Counted from the first letter of the stretch, positions 8,888 through 18,161 are shown. The stretch is DNA of 38,877 bases from Candidatus Thorarchaeota archaeon (GCA_011364905.1 RDNZ01000026.1:1-38877), one strand, 5' to 3'. Notes: a model not told the origin generated them from the sequence alone. Numbers and translations: made by a program.

Positions 8888-9218
8888 GTTTTAGGAAAGC
8901 GAGGCCCTCTGGCCAACTTTTCCATGTTCAATGGCAAACAAAATCCAATCTAATGACCCATGGAGAAGTTCCACCCATTATTGGAATAAGACATAGACGC
9001 TGAATTGATTTTTCAAGACGACTATTTCTCGGTAGGTACAATTGACTGCCATCGTTACGTTTCTATTTGATTCTAGAACAGTTCAGAGCGCATTATAGTT
9101 ACAATTCGAAATATGTGTTAAACTGTTCAATATCGTTCATCAAATGTCCTTATTCATACATGAAAATGAAATTAGTGTTTGATAAAAAAGTGACTAAGAT
9201 TATTACTATTTTAGTGTA

Positions 9219-9225
9219 TTATATA
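9219..9225 (+). promoter_or_regulatory. TATA box for the microprotein operon (leaderless geometry)
   Basis: TTATATA about 20 nt upstream of ATG 9245 in an AT-rich intergenic region. Confidence 0.4.
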
Positions 9226-9244
9226 CGTGAACATTGAATCATTA

Positions 9245-9382
9245 ATGCGTCAAGTTACTAGGATGTTCAAAAGCATCTTTGAAACCATGACGCCCATGGG
9301 CAATCATACGGATAATGAAAAGCATCGCTGGGTCCAAAAAAGAAAATCCGAAACCAGTCTTTGGTTCGGATCTTATGATTGA
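9245..9382 (+). CDS. Hypothetical microprotein, 45 aa (MRQVTRMFKSIFETMTPMGNHTDNEKHRWVQKRKSETSLWFGSYD)
   Basis: Hand-translated; follows a TATA box and precedes three coupled ORFs on the same strand. Confidence 0.35.
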   Translation: MRQVTRMFKSIFETMTPMGNHTDNEKHRWVQKRKSETSLWFGSYD

Positions 9383-9404
9383 GAAATCAACGAGGTGATG
9401 CGGA

Positions 9405-9554
9405 ATGAAAAGAAAGAATCCGTATGACTCACGGACCATGGATAGCACCATACTTTTGAACTCTCAGCTCTTGATGCTGGAAAGTGCCGAAAGCACCTCT
9501 ATGGACATTTCTTTTCACCCCATGTTACCGAATGGAGAAGATGATAAAAAATGA
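9405..9554 (+). CDS. Hypothetical microprotein, 49 aa (MKRKNPYDSRTMDSTILLNSQLLMLESAESTSMDISFHPMLPNGEDDKK)
   Basis: Hand-translated; strong RBS GAGGTGA at 9392-9398; stop overlaps the next start (ATGA at 9551-9554). Confidence 0.55.
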   Translation: MKRKNPYDSRTMDSTILLNSQLLMLESAESTSMDISFHPMLPNGEDDKK

Positions 9555-9844
9555 ATGAAATAGTTAGTGGAAACCAACATTCCTTCAAGGTCGTTCTACC
9601 AAAGAGAGTAAGTGATCACACAGATGGCGAACTCAGACTGATGCTCGTGACACTGAAAAACGCAATCGTTGCTAGCTCAGTCCACATATCAAAGATTGAA
9701 CATGAATTGAAGAAACGGAATGCAAATCCGAGGATTCTAAGTGGTCCCAGACTAGAGCTCTTGAGTGGAATCGAGATTGATGAGGATATTGGCGATATAG
9801 AATGGGAAACCCAACTCAATGAGGACAATTCAGTGGCAACATGA
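9551..9844 (+). CDS. Hypothetical small helical/coiled-coil protein, 97 aa
   Basis: GGAGA RBS; ATGA overlaps at both ends; shares a gapless 37-aa domain with the next ORF. Confidence 0.7.
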   Translation: MNEIVSGNQHSFKVVLPKRVSDHTDGELRLMLVTLKNAIVASSVHISKIEHELKKRNANPRILSGPRLELLSGIEIDEDIGDIEWETQLNEDNSVAT

Positions 9845-10035
9845 TTCAAGAAGATGAACTCATAAAATACTCTGATGTTGACCTCAATAGAATGCTGAGT
9901 TCATTGACTGAAACTGTAGAATCATGTATGACGCAAATTGCATTAATTGATTGGGAGATCAAAAGACGCGGCACCAAAGCCTCGGGAAAACTGAGATTCC
10001 AAGTATCGGACGAGATGGGAAGTGAGCCGCAATAA
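9841..10035 (+). CDS. Hypothetical small helical/coiled-coil protein, 64 aa (paralog of the preceding ORF)
   Basis: ATGA overlap; the segment SDxDLxxMLxxL...IxxIDxEIKRR aligns with the preceding ORF. Confidence 0.7.
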   Translation: MIQEDELIKYSDVDLNRMLSSLTETVESCMTQIALIDWEIKRRGTKASGKLRFQVSDEMGSEPQ

Positions 10036-10087
10036 TTTTATCATGAGTTGCATATTGATGATAGTCTTCATTTGACTTGACTTATTT

Positions 10088-11299
10088 TCATTTCAAATGT
10101 ATTTTTCCTGTCACATAATGACTTACGAGATAGCAAATGAAGACTCCCAGAGGAAAAACTAGTCCAATTTTTAGGATAGGGTCAAATTCAATGAATGCAA
10201 TGCTAAGGGAGATTGCAACGAGAATGGGCGGATGGACTAGATACATATGATACGCACTAGTGGAAAGATTCCGCAACAAGGGTCCTTGCTTGTTGAACTT
10301 CGCATAAAAGACCTTAATCAGGATGAAAATGACGCCCATGCAAACGATGTTATCAACTAAAGCAAAAAGGAGCGCATGGACATTAGCTCCTCCTGAGAAT
10401 ATAGCGAGATCTGCGTCAATTCCTAAAACGAGGAAGTAATCGAGATAAATCGCTATTACGCAAATGAATACCGTGACTAACCAGATTTTGACTTGTCTTC
10501 TGGTCATCTTTTCGAACCAACGATAACGAACACTGATAATTCCCACGCCAAACATCATTAGATATTGAATGAGCTGACCCCATGGTATTTCCAGTGGACG
10601 GTCGTCTATGGGCAGGACAATCCGAACAAGAAAGGTAAGACATCCAAGGACAACAGCTAGCAGCAGTAAAAAGAGATATCGTGGAATGGGTAGTTCCTGC
10701 GGAATCCTTCGCTTTAACGAATCTACTTTGGTCATCTGACGCCATATGGTATAGACTGCTGTCAAAATCAGCAAGACCCTAAGAAACCACATGGGTCCAC
10801 CAAATGATATGAAGTCGATGAATTTACTCCACGATTGGAATCCATTGTTGTAGTAATTTAGAATAGATCCCTGCAAAACAGGGTTTGCACTCCAAGGTTC
10901 GACTCCTAGGCTGGATAGAATGTAGATCATAACAGGGTTGACGAATAGGATGTATAGAAAGAGAGGAACCCCAAGACGAAGGAGGCGTTCCTTCCAGAAA
11001 CGGTATCCGCCCTTGCGATCATAGCTTTTAGGAGTAAAATAACCCCCCAGCAGGAAGAATAGTCCCAATAGCGAGGTTTGAAATATGCCTCCAATCGATG
11101 CTATTAGGAGAAGGAATACATAGCTCACAGGACCAGTTGGATTGGATTCTTTATAGTACCACCAACCAATATCCACATATGTAACCATCACGTGCCAGAA
11201 AATAATCAGGATGGCAAAGAGAACCTTAATGTTGTCAAGGAAAAGATACCTCTGCTTTTTGGACTCAGTGGTCCATCTGTTTTCATCAGATAGAGTCAT
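10088..11299 (-). CDS. Acyltransferase family 3 membrane protein (OpgC/MdoC/OafA-like)
   Basis: RYLFLDNIK...H, LFFLLGGYF...SYDRKG...F.KERL.RLG.P, GPMWFL, SAYHMYLVHPP; about 10 TM helices. Confidence 0.9.
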   Translation of the reverse strand: MTLSDENRWTTESKKQRYLFLDNIKVLFAILIIFWHVMVTYVDIGWWYYKESNPTGPVSYVFLLLIASIGGIFQTSLLGLFFLLGGYFTPKSYDRKGGYRFWKERLLRLGVPLFLYILFVNPVMIYILSSLGVEPWSANPVLQGSILNYYNNGFQSWSKFIDFISFGGPMWFLRVLLILTAVYTIWRQMTKVDSLKRRIPQELPIPRYLFLLLLAVVLGCLTFLVRIVLPIDDRPLEIPWGQLIQYLMMFGVGIISVRYRWFEKMTRRQVKIWLVTVFICVIAIYLDYFLVLGIDADLAIFSGGANVHALLFALVDNIVCMGVIFILIKVFYAKFNKQGPLLRNLSTSAYHMYLVHPPILVAISLSIAFIEFDPILKIGLVFPLGVFICYLVSHYVTGKIHLK

Positions 11300-11381
11300 C
11301 CTTTATTTTCAAAAAGCATCTATTTTATGAGCTCTGATTTAAACATGCTTGTTCAAAGAGGAGGCTTCCGAAGGCGACATT

Positions 11382-13643
11382 CTAGTTCCTTCTGTTAATT
11401 ACAGCAGCTGCAAAAACAGGGAATGGGAATTCCCAATCCGCCACGAAACTCGCTGTCCATGATGGGAGTGCAGGTTCAGTCCCTTGAGCAATCATGTCTT
11501 GCCATGCCTCATCTGTGAGTCTATCATTCATTGGCCAGGTGAACTCATAGTAGGAGAAAACTGCGCCTCTTGTCAGAATGACCTGACCATCAATCGGAAC
11601 AGCCACAAGAATGACCATTGGATGTCCAACGCCTTCCTCCAAGACGCTCCCTGTATTTGCATCAGTGTGTACATCTGCAATCACAGCCATGTCTTTATCA
11701 GCATCAGATGATGTTTCACTATCAGTTGAAAATGTGACTATGGACTCAAGTAGATTGCCACTGTTCTGAATTAGACGGAACTCATCCTCTGTAAGTGGTG
11801 TTCCTTCCAACTCCTTAATTGAAATGGTCTGGAAGGCAAGCAGGAGATCCTGCAATTTCTGGAGCTTGTCTTGGATGAGAGATGAAAGAAGACAGCGTGA
11901 GTCGAGACCAGTCATCATCATTTGACACAGCGATGCTAGTCGAGCGTATAGACGCGGAATTGGCTCTACATAGCCTTTGACTTGAGGAGGAAGACCTGCG
12001 AGCACGGTGTAGGGTTGTTTTGCATAGAGAATCGTGTCATGACGAAGCTCGGTCCATGAAGCTAGTGCAGTAGACAACTGCTTGTCGACCCAGGCTTCGC
12101 TTTGCATAAAGAATGGATACCCTTCCCCAGGATCAGTCAATAGAGGAAGAAGTGAATAAAGCCACAGATAATACAGGTTCTGAGTCCATTCGTTTTCGGT
12201 AAGATTCCCGATCATATTCCAGAGCATTTCCATTTGTGAAACATAGTTAACGTAGTCCTTTTGGTCTTCAAGAAGTTCCCACGCACGACCAGACCCAAAA
12301 GCCGCCATGACATCGAGGCCCATCGGCATCAATCGCGGATTTAGAAGAGTGCCAACATTATCATAGATAAGTTGACCAAGTATGTAGCTATCAGGAATGT
12401 ATCTTTGACCCATGAAACGAAAGCCCATGGTTTGATTCAGGTTTTCTCCATCAGAAATTGGATGGCTCAGAATGAGTGGCTCTCTAAGGAGCAGTGCCTC
12501 ATCTATGAAATGTTCAAGGAGAACCTCATTGTTCAAGTCAGCAATCTGAACATCAGTTCCATAAATCTCTCGGATGAGTGTCAGGTACTCGGATGGAACT
12601 AAATCGTCAGCCGCCCCGACAAAGAAAGCGGTTGGCTCATAGAGTGCATCCCAAACATCAAGTCCCACGGGAGCGCCTGAAAGACCTGGGACATTCTCTG
12701 TGAGCGCAAGACAAATGAGGATGGCTTGAGCAGTGTTGTCCTCGCCACTCTCATTTGGAGATGGTTCGGCGTCTGGTTGTAATCTAAAGGACACTCGACC
12801 ATACCACATCATTGCTTGGAAATATCTCTGTAGAGTTTCACTTCTGGTGTAATGACCTCTTGGGACAAACTGTGTGAAGTCCTCTAAATAGTTCATGAAC
12901 CAAGAGGAGGTGATTGCTGAGTGGGCCTCAATTAGAAGAAGGACATTTTCCACTTGCGTTTCAACCTCAGAGGAGAAGGCGGCGGGGATTGTCCAGTCAT
13001 TATCGATCAACTTCATCGCAACTGAAAAGAACATCAAGTTCCTAAGAGCCGCATCCTTCCATCGTCCTGCAGAAGCTACCTGATACTGATTGAAAGACAC
13101 ATCAAGTAGAGCAGCAGTGAGATTGCTGAGTAGGTCCCAGAAGGAATAGACTTCAATCTCTCTCAAAGCCATGTCATAGAGCACGTGGTATGCATGCAGG
13201 ACTGAGTCAGAGGTAACAAAACTCGGTATTCCTCGTTCGTCATTTTCAGAGAGAATATCATAGATTTGTTTGTATTTCGATTGAGAAACCACTGCAAATC
13301 CATTGCTCTGAATCATGGACGAAACGTCGCTTGGAAGCGTTGGATAATCATTGAGATTCACGATGTTAGTCAGTCCGGGATTAACAGTATACGTTGGAGC
13401 ATTGGGACTGAAAGGCTCCTCATATGGAATGAAATCGGCAAAATCCCCTGTCACTATGTTATTGATCGTGTAGGTAGGCGCAATGGGATGCCCTGAGGGA
13501 TGGATGAAGAATGCCCCGGATAGAAATCCAATAGTGGTAACAAAACTCACAGCGAGTAAGGCTGATGCGATACCAGCAGCCATTATTTTTCTTCTCGTCT
13601 CATTATCGAGTGCCCTGACTATCACCGAATACATAAGAATCAA
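11382..13643 (-). CDS. DUF3160 family membrane-anchored extracellular protein
   Basis: Motifs FVTSDSVLHAYH, DFTQFVPRGHYT, YFQAMMWYGR, FRFMGQRY.PDS, LASWTELRHDTILYAKQ, GYVEP, IADVHT, GAVFSYYEF; N-terminal TM. Exact start uncertain. Confidence 0.85.
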   Translation of the reverse strand: MILMYSVIVRALDNETRRKIMAAGIASALLAVSFVTTIGFLSGAFFIHPSGHPIAPTYTINNIVTGDFADFIPYEEPFSPNAPTYTVNPGLTNIVNLNDYPTLPSDVSSMIQSNGFAVVSQSKYKQIYDILSENDERGIPSFVTSDSVLHAYHVLYDMALREIEVYSFWDLLSNLTAALLDVSFNQYQVASAGRWKDAALRNLMFFSVAMKLIDNDWTIPAAFSSEVETQVENVLLLIEAHSAITSSWFMNYLEDFTQFVPRGHYTRSETLQRYFQAMMWYGRVSFRLQPDAEPSPNESGEDNTAQAILICLALTENVPGLSGAPVGLDVWDALYEPTAFFVGAADDLVPSEYLTLIREIYGTDVQIADLNNEVLLEHFIDEALLLREPLILSHPISDGENLNQTMGFRFMGQRYIPDSYILGQLIYDNVGTLLNPRLMPMGLDVMAAFGSGRAWELLEDQKDYVNYVSQMEMLWNMIGNLTENEWTQNLYYLWLYSLLPLLTDPGEGYPFFMQSEAWVDKQLSTALASWTELRHDTILYAKQPYTVLAGLPPQVKGYVEPIPRLYARLASLCQMMMTGLDSRCLLSSLIQDKLQKLQDLLLAFQTISIKELEGTPLTEDEFRLIQNSGNLLESIVTFSTDSETSSDADKDMAVIADVHTDANTGSVLEEGVGHPMVILVAVPIDGQVILTRGAVFSYYEFTWPMNDRLTDEAWQDMIAQGTEPALPSWTASFVADWEFPFPVFAAAVINRRN

Positions 13644-13749
13644 TGGGAACTATTTCTACTTAGTACCATGGATTAGAACACTTTGTCCAGAATTTAGAAC
13701 ATGCAAATAATAGGAATAGATTAATTGCGAATGCTGCCTCCAGAAATAT

Positions 13750-14211
13750 GTGGATGGGATGAGAGATAGTTCTGATGAGAATGCAATTGAGTCGGAACTC
13801 AGAGGCAACACCTTACGGGTCTACTGGTATATGCTTTCGCAGAATGAGCCAGTTGGTGTGCGGCAAGTGCAGAGAGCTATTACAATGTCTAGTCCATCCG
13901 TTGCCAGCCACCACTTGTCCAAGCTTGTGTCTCTAGAACTAGTTGAGAAACTTCCAGATAACTCCTATCAAGTGAGTAGAGTAGTCAAAGTGGGAGTTCT
14001 GAAGAACTTCATTGAGTTCCGTGGTCGGTTTCTCCCACGTTATGTATTTGTTGCCATCTTCTTTTCTGCCTACACAATTGCGTATCTTGCACTGACTCTC
14101 ATTGCGAATCCAGGGATCTACGATAGACTCATAGCAATCGCCATTGGGCTTATTGGCGCAGCATTTGCATGGATTGAGAGCATTAGGCTATGGAAATTGA
14201 AACTCAGTTAG
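13750..14211 (+). CDS. Archaeal wHTH (ArsR-like) regulator with two C-terminal TM helices
   Basis: LRGNTLRVYWYML...GVRQVQRA..MSSPSVASHHLSKL..L.LVEK, followed by two hydrophobic helices. Confidence 0.75.
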   Translation: MDGMRDSSDENAIESELRGNTLRVYWYMLSQNEPVGVRQVQRAITMSSPSVASHHLSKLVSLELVEKLPDNSYQVSRVVKVGVLKNFIEFRGRFLPRYVFVAIFFSAYTIAYLALTLIANPGIYDRLIAIAIGLIGAAFAWIESIRLWKLKLS

Positions 14212-14244
14212 AGTTCAGTAAACCTCTTGAGTCTATTCTACTGA

Positions 14245-15048
14245 GTGTTGTTCATGACAGATAGCTCAACTGCAGACATCGTTTTCAGAGTCATTCATAA
14301 TAGAAGATCAGTCCGGAAGTACTTAGACAAAGAAGTTAGCAATGAAATTCTTTTCAAAATCCTCGAAGCTGGATTTAGAGCCCCTTTCGCTGCTCAGCTT
14401 TGTTCGGCAATCTACACACGGAGTCGAGAGAAGATGAAGGAAGCGGGAATCTCAGTTTATTCCACAGCCCCAGTCCATCTAATCTTCTTCATTGACTTCT
14501 GCAGACTAGAGAAGATAATGACACATCGCAGTCACGAATATGGCTATGACGATATGATGGCAATCTGGTTAGGAATGCAAGATGTTTCGCTGATGATTGA
14601 AAACCTGACAATTGCTGCCGAATCCTTAGGATTGGGTTCTGTTCTGTATGGTCTCGCACCATTGAAGGCAGACTCAATCGCAAAAACATTCAAAGTTCCT
14701 AAGCGTGTCTTTCCCGTTGTAGGTATGAGTATTGGGTATCCTGACCCATCAGAGAACACAGAGATACGCCCAAGGTTCCCATTAGAGATGGCTGCGTTTG
14801 AGGATGAGTATCGCAACCATACTGACGAGGATGTCAAGGCCTGCATGAAGGTGATGGATGAGGGCTACATCGCACAGGGATACTACATCAAGGACCGCAC
14901 AAAGGTGGAACTCGTTGACAAAGAGGACACAATCGGATTTGACAAATACTCTTGGTCAGAGCATATCTCAAGGAAGTTCAGGAGTGCATTTCGAAGCGGA
15001 GACCCTCTACTAGACATCCTCAGAAGGCATGGATTTGACCTGAAATAA
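14245..15048 (+). CDS. Nitroreductase family FMN oxidoreductase (NfsA/FRP-like)
   Basis: RRSVRKY, AGFRAP, IAAESLGLGSV, VFPVVGMSIGYP, RPRFP. Confidence 0.9.
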   Translation: MLFMTDSSTADIVFRVIHNRRSVRKYLDKEVSNEILFKILEAGFRAPFAAQLCSAIYTRSREKMKEAGISVYSTAPVHLIFFIDFCRLEKIMTHRSHEYGYDDMMAIWLGMQDVSLMIENLTIAAESLGLGSVLYGLAPLKADSIAKTFKVPKRVFPVVGMSIGYPDPSENTEIRPRFPLEMAAFEDEYRNHTDEDVKACMKVMDEGYIAQGYYIKDRTKVELVDKEDTIGFDKYSWSEHISRKFRSAFRSGDPLLDILRRHGFDLK

Positions 15049-15102
15049 AGTGAAAAAGGTTGTTTCACTAAAAGAATACAGCGAGTTAGGGTTTGAAGAG
15101 AA

Positions 15103-15945
15103 ATGAGTATTGAAATTTCGGAAGCACACATTATCGCTGAACAGATGACAACCGCACTTCTTGACAAGAAGGTAAAGTCAGTCGCCCTCTATGATTATGA
15201 GAAACTGCAAAAAGTTGGTTTCATTAACAAGAAGATAAAGGATTTCGACAATCTAATCGGCTGTAAGATCAAATCTATCGACCATCGCGGAAATGTCATA
15301 CGTGTCCATTTCAATAAAAAGATGAATCTCGTTCTTTGCGGTGATTACGGAGCGAAGTATCGTTTCTTCAGTAGTGATGAAGACCTGCCAAAGAAGATTC
15401 ACTTCAAAATGGGATTCACTGATGGATCGTTCCTGACCATAAGACAAATAGGAATGGGTTCAATCAATGCTGCCGAAGACAGCCAAGTCCCGAGTCTCTA
15501 CGTAATTAAGCGAGACTTCTCAGATACTCCATCTCCTATTGGAGACCATGACTTCACTTCAGAGAGGTTCTCTGAATTGCTTGTGGGAAAGAAACAGAAT
15601 ATCAAGGCGGCCCTTGTTGGAAAAACTGCTGTTGTGGTTGGTCTGAGTAATTCAGCATTTCAAGAGATCATCTACAAAGCAGGCATACATCCCAAGAGAA
15701 ACACTGGAACCTTGACTGAAACAGAGAGAAACAGTCTATATGATGCATTGAAACAGATTCTCAATGAAAGAATATGCGCCGGAGGAAAGAATCAATTCGA
15801 AGACCTCTATGGAAAACCAGGGCGACATGTCCCTGTCATGGGTCCGAACATGAAGGATCAGAGTTGTCCACAGTGCGGTGCAGCCATAGAGAAGATTGCT
15901 CATGGGGGAGGACAAGTTTACTTCTGCCCACACTGTCAAAGATAG
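15103..15945 (+). CDS. Fpg/Nei (MutM)-family protein with H2TH and C4 zinc finger; canonical catalytic residues absent
   Basis: IKAAL......GLSN....EI.YKAGIHP.R (H2TH) and CPQCG...I.K......YFCPHCQ zinc finger. N-terminus is MSIEISEA rather than MPELPEV. Confidence 0.85.
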   Translation: MSIEISEAHIIAEQMTTALLDKKVKSVALYDYEKLQKVGFINKKIKDFDNLIGCKIKSIDHRGNVIRVHFNKKMNLVLCGDYGAKYRFFSSDEDLPKKIHFKMGFTDGSFLTIRQIGMGSINAAEDSQVPSLYVIKRDFSDTPSPIGDHDFTSERFSELLVGKKQNIKAALVGKTAVVVGLSNSAFQEIIYKAGIHPKRNTGTLTETERNSLYDALKQILNERICAGGKNQFEDLYGKPGRHVPVMGPNMKDQSCPQCGAAIEKIAHGGGQVYFCPHCQR

Positions 15946-16130
15946 TCCTGATTTTTCATTTTGAAAAACAAACATATTCAAAAGATTATAAGAAGGCAGT
16001 TAGGCCAAGGAATGTGTTATTTGTTAAGAGAATTCGCTTCCTGAATCGATTGATGCGATTTCCTGGTATTTGGGAACCACAGGATACATTCTCAGGAGTG
16101 CTCTGCTTCTGAAAACTGTATGGTTACGAT

Positions 16131-16946
16131 GTGTATTATGCAAAAAGGGTGTATGTGTTGCCAAATCGAAAACGACTAATCAACTCGCTCATAATCATTG
16201 GAATAATACTCTCAATGGGAGTGATTGCTGCTTTTAATTTACCAAATCTATTGACTAATCGGCAGCTCGTGGGAGTTTCCAGCATCGAGTCATTTGTTCC
16301 CATTTACATTGTATATGATCCTCCAGGTAATGGTAGTTTTAGCGAGATTACCACAGCCAACGAAGGACAAGTCGTGGCATCTTTCAGGAGTATGGAAAAG
16401 AGCTTGGTTGTGATAGGGGAGTATGATGTTAGTCTTGGATTCGGTTCTGCTGGTGGTCCCAAAGATGAGAGGATGCATTTTGTTCTCTGCGAAGAACTGA
16501 ATATGACATGGTCCCTTTGGCATTGCCAACTCTTTGCATCAGAATGGTATGAAGCAATTCTAGAATCTACTAGTCATCTTGGAGACGGTGTTTTGAGGTT
16601 TGATAATCTAGCTAGCTTTGGATTATGGGTACAAGACCTCACAGGTACATCTGGTTCGTTCATGTATAATGTGAGTTTCTCGAGTAATCAAACAGAAAAG
16701 CTGACACTGTCTTATAGCAAGTCAAGATTTGACGATATCAAATCTGGATTCAATATGACCCTCTTTGATGTTAACTTCGTAGTTCATGTCTTTGTCAATA
16801 CGGGTACAAGACGAATTCTGCTCAATCAGACCTACTTTGATATGAATGAAGACCTAAGTTTCAGTCTAGTGTCAAATGGAAATATGGAGGAAGTGTCACC
16901 TGGAATTGTCCAACTGGACGACTTGCTTGTTTGGTTTAGCAAATGA
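16131..16946 (+). CDS. Hypothetical N-terminally anchored extracellular protein
   Basis: Basic N-terminus and one TM helix, then a beta-rich domain with several N-x-S/T sequons. Likely start is TTG 16158. Confidence 0.65.
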   Translation: MYYAKRVYVLPNRKRLINSLIIIGIILSMGVIAAFNLPNLLTNRQLVGVSSIESFVPIYIVYDPPGNGSFSEITTANEGQVVASFRSMEKSLVVIGEYDVSLGFGSAGGPKDERMHFVLCEELNMTWSLWHCQLFASEWYEAILESTSHLGDGVLRFDNLASFGLWVQDLTGTSGSFMYNVSFSSNQTEKLTLSYSKSRFDDIKSGFNMTLFDVNFVVHVFVNTGTRRILLNQTYFDMNEDLSFSLVSNGNMEEVSPGIVQLDDLLVWFSK

Positions 16947-17128
16947 TTTCTCATTAACCTGAAGGTCAGTCCTGCTATCTCCGTTTGTCAATCCCGTTTA
17001 AAAGTCTGCAAGAACGGAACAATTCATAATTATAGACACTTTTTTGGGTGTAGACACAAAAGAATTAGACAGCTTTCCCGTTCATACTGGCAGAACAGCT
17101 TATTCCAAGTTTTCAGGAGGCCCAATCT

Positions 17129-18034
17129 ATGTTCGATTACCATGCCACACAAAAAACGTTACAAATAGGCAGTGTTAGAATAGGAGGTGCACCCGGTAGA
17201 GTTCCAACGGTCCTCATCCCTTCAATATTCTATACAAAGGACCGTCTTGTAAAGAATGCTGATGTGGGAGAAATAAATCAGTCTGCGACAGAGAAGCATC
17301 TTGCAATGTTAGCTGACCTGACAGAGAGAACTGGACTCGGGACCATGTTGGATGTTGTCGCAACCACAACAAAAGCCATGGAGAAGTACTTGGAGTTCCT
17401 TGTGGAAAGGACAGACTTCCCTCTCCTGATAGATGGTTCAGACTCCTTAGAAGTAAACACTGCGGGAATCAGATACGCAAATGATGGCGGTTTTTTGGAC
17501 AGAGTCGTCATCAACTCCCTAACTCCGGACACCAATGACAGTCTCTTTCGAATTGTTAGAGAAACGGGTCTATCTAATGCAATTCTACTGGCATTCAACT
17601 CTGCATCAATGTCTTCCAGCACCAAAAGAGTTGAAATCGCAGAAACTCTAATCCAGAAAGCCAAGTCAGCAGGAGTGACCAACATTCTAATCGACACTGG
17701 AGTCATGGATCTCGCAACCTTGGGAATTGCATGCAAGACGCAACACATGCTGAAGGACAAGTTTGGCTATCCTGTTGGGAATGGCGCCCATAACGCTATC
17801 AGCACATGGAAAGGGCTCGTCCCAAAATTCGGGAGAGAAGCAAAGAAACCAGCTATGGTGGGATCAAGCTTAATGCCAGTAGCTTTAGGGGCGGACTTCG
17901 TGCTGATTGGTCCGTTGAAGAATGCGGCTCTTGTGTATCCATCTGTAGCCATGATTGATGTTGCCCTCTCAGGAATGTTGATTGAGGAAAGGATTCGTCC
18001 TGAGAAACCACACCCAAGATATCTTGTTAATTAG
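17129..18034 (+). CDS. mtrH: Tetrahydromethanopterin S-methyltransferase subunit H family (pterin-binding methyltransferase)
   Basis: Q....IG.V.IGG.PG..PTVLI.SIFY, PLLIDG, VINS, NILIDTGV, K.KFGYPVGNGAHNA.STW, GADFVL.GP..NA..VYP.VAM.D, HP; CAGGAGG RBS. Confidence 0.9.
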   Translation: MFDYHATQKTLQIGSVRIGGAPGRVPTVLIPSIFYTKDRLVKNADVGEINQSATEKHLAMLADLTERTGLGTMLDVVATTTKAMEKYLEFLVERTDFPLLIDGSDSLEVNTAGIRYANDGGFLDRVVINSLTPDTNDSLFRIVRETGLSNAILLAFNSASMSSSTKRVEIAETLIQKAKSAGVTNILIDTGVMDLATLGIACKTQHMLKDKFGYPVGNGAHNAISTWKGLVPKFGREAKKPAMVGSSLMPVALGADFVLIGPLKNAALVYPSVAMIDVALSGMLIEERIRPEKPHPRYLVN

Positions 18035-18161
18035 ATAGAATCAATCCTTTTCTCAGATTGATTAATGGCACAAGTTGTTTGATACAAAGCGATGAGGGCA
18101 ATCCAAACTGAAACTGTTCAGATAAACAGGACAACAATAATGAAATACTACAAAATTCAAT

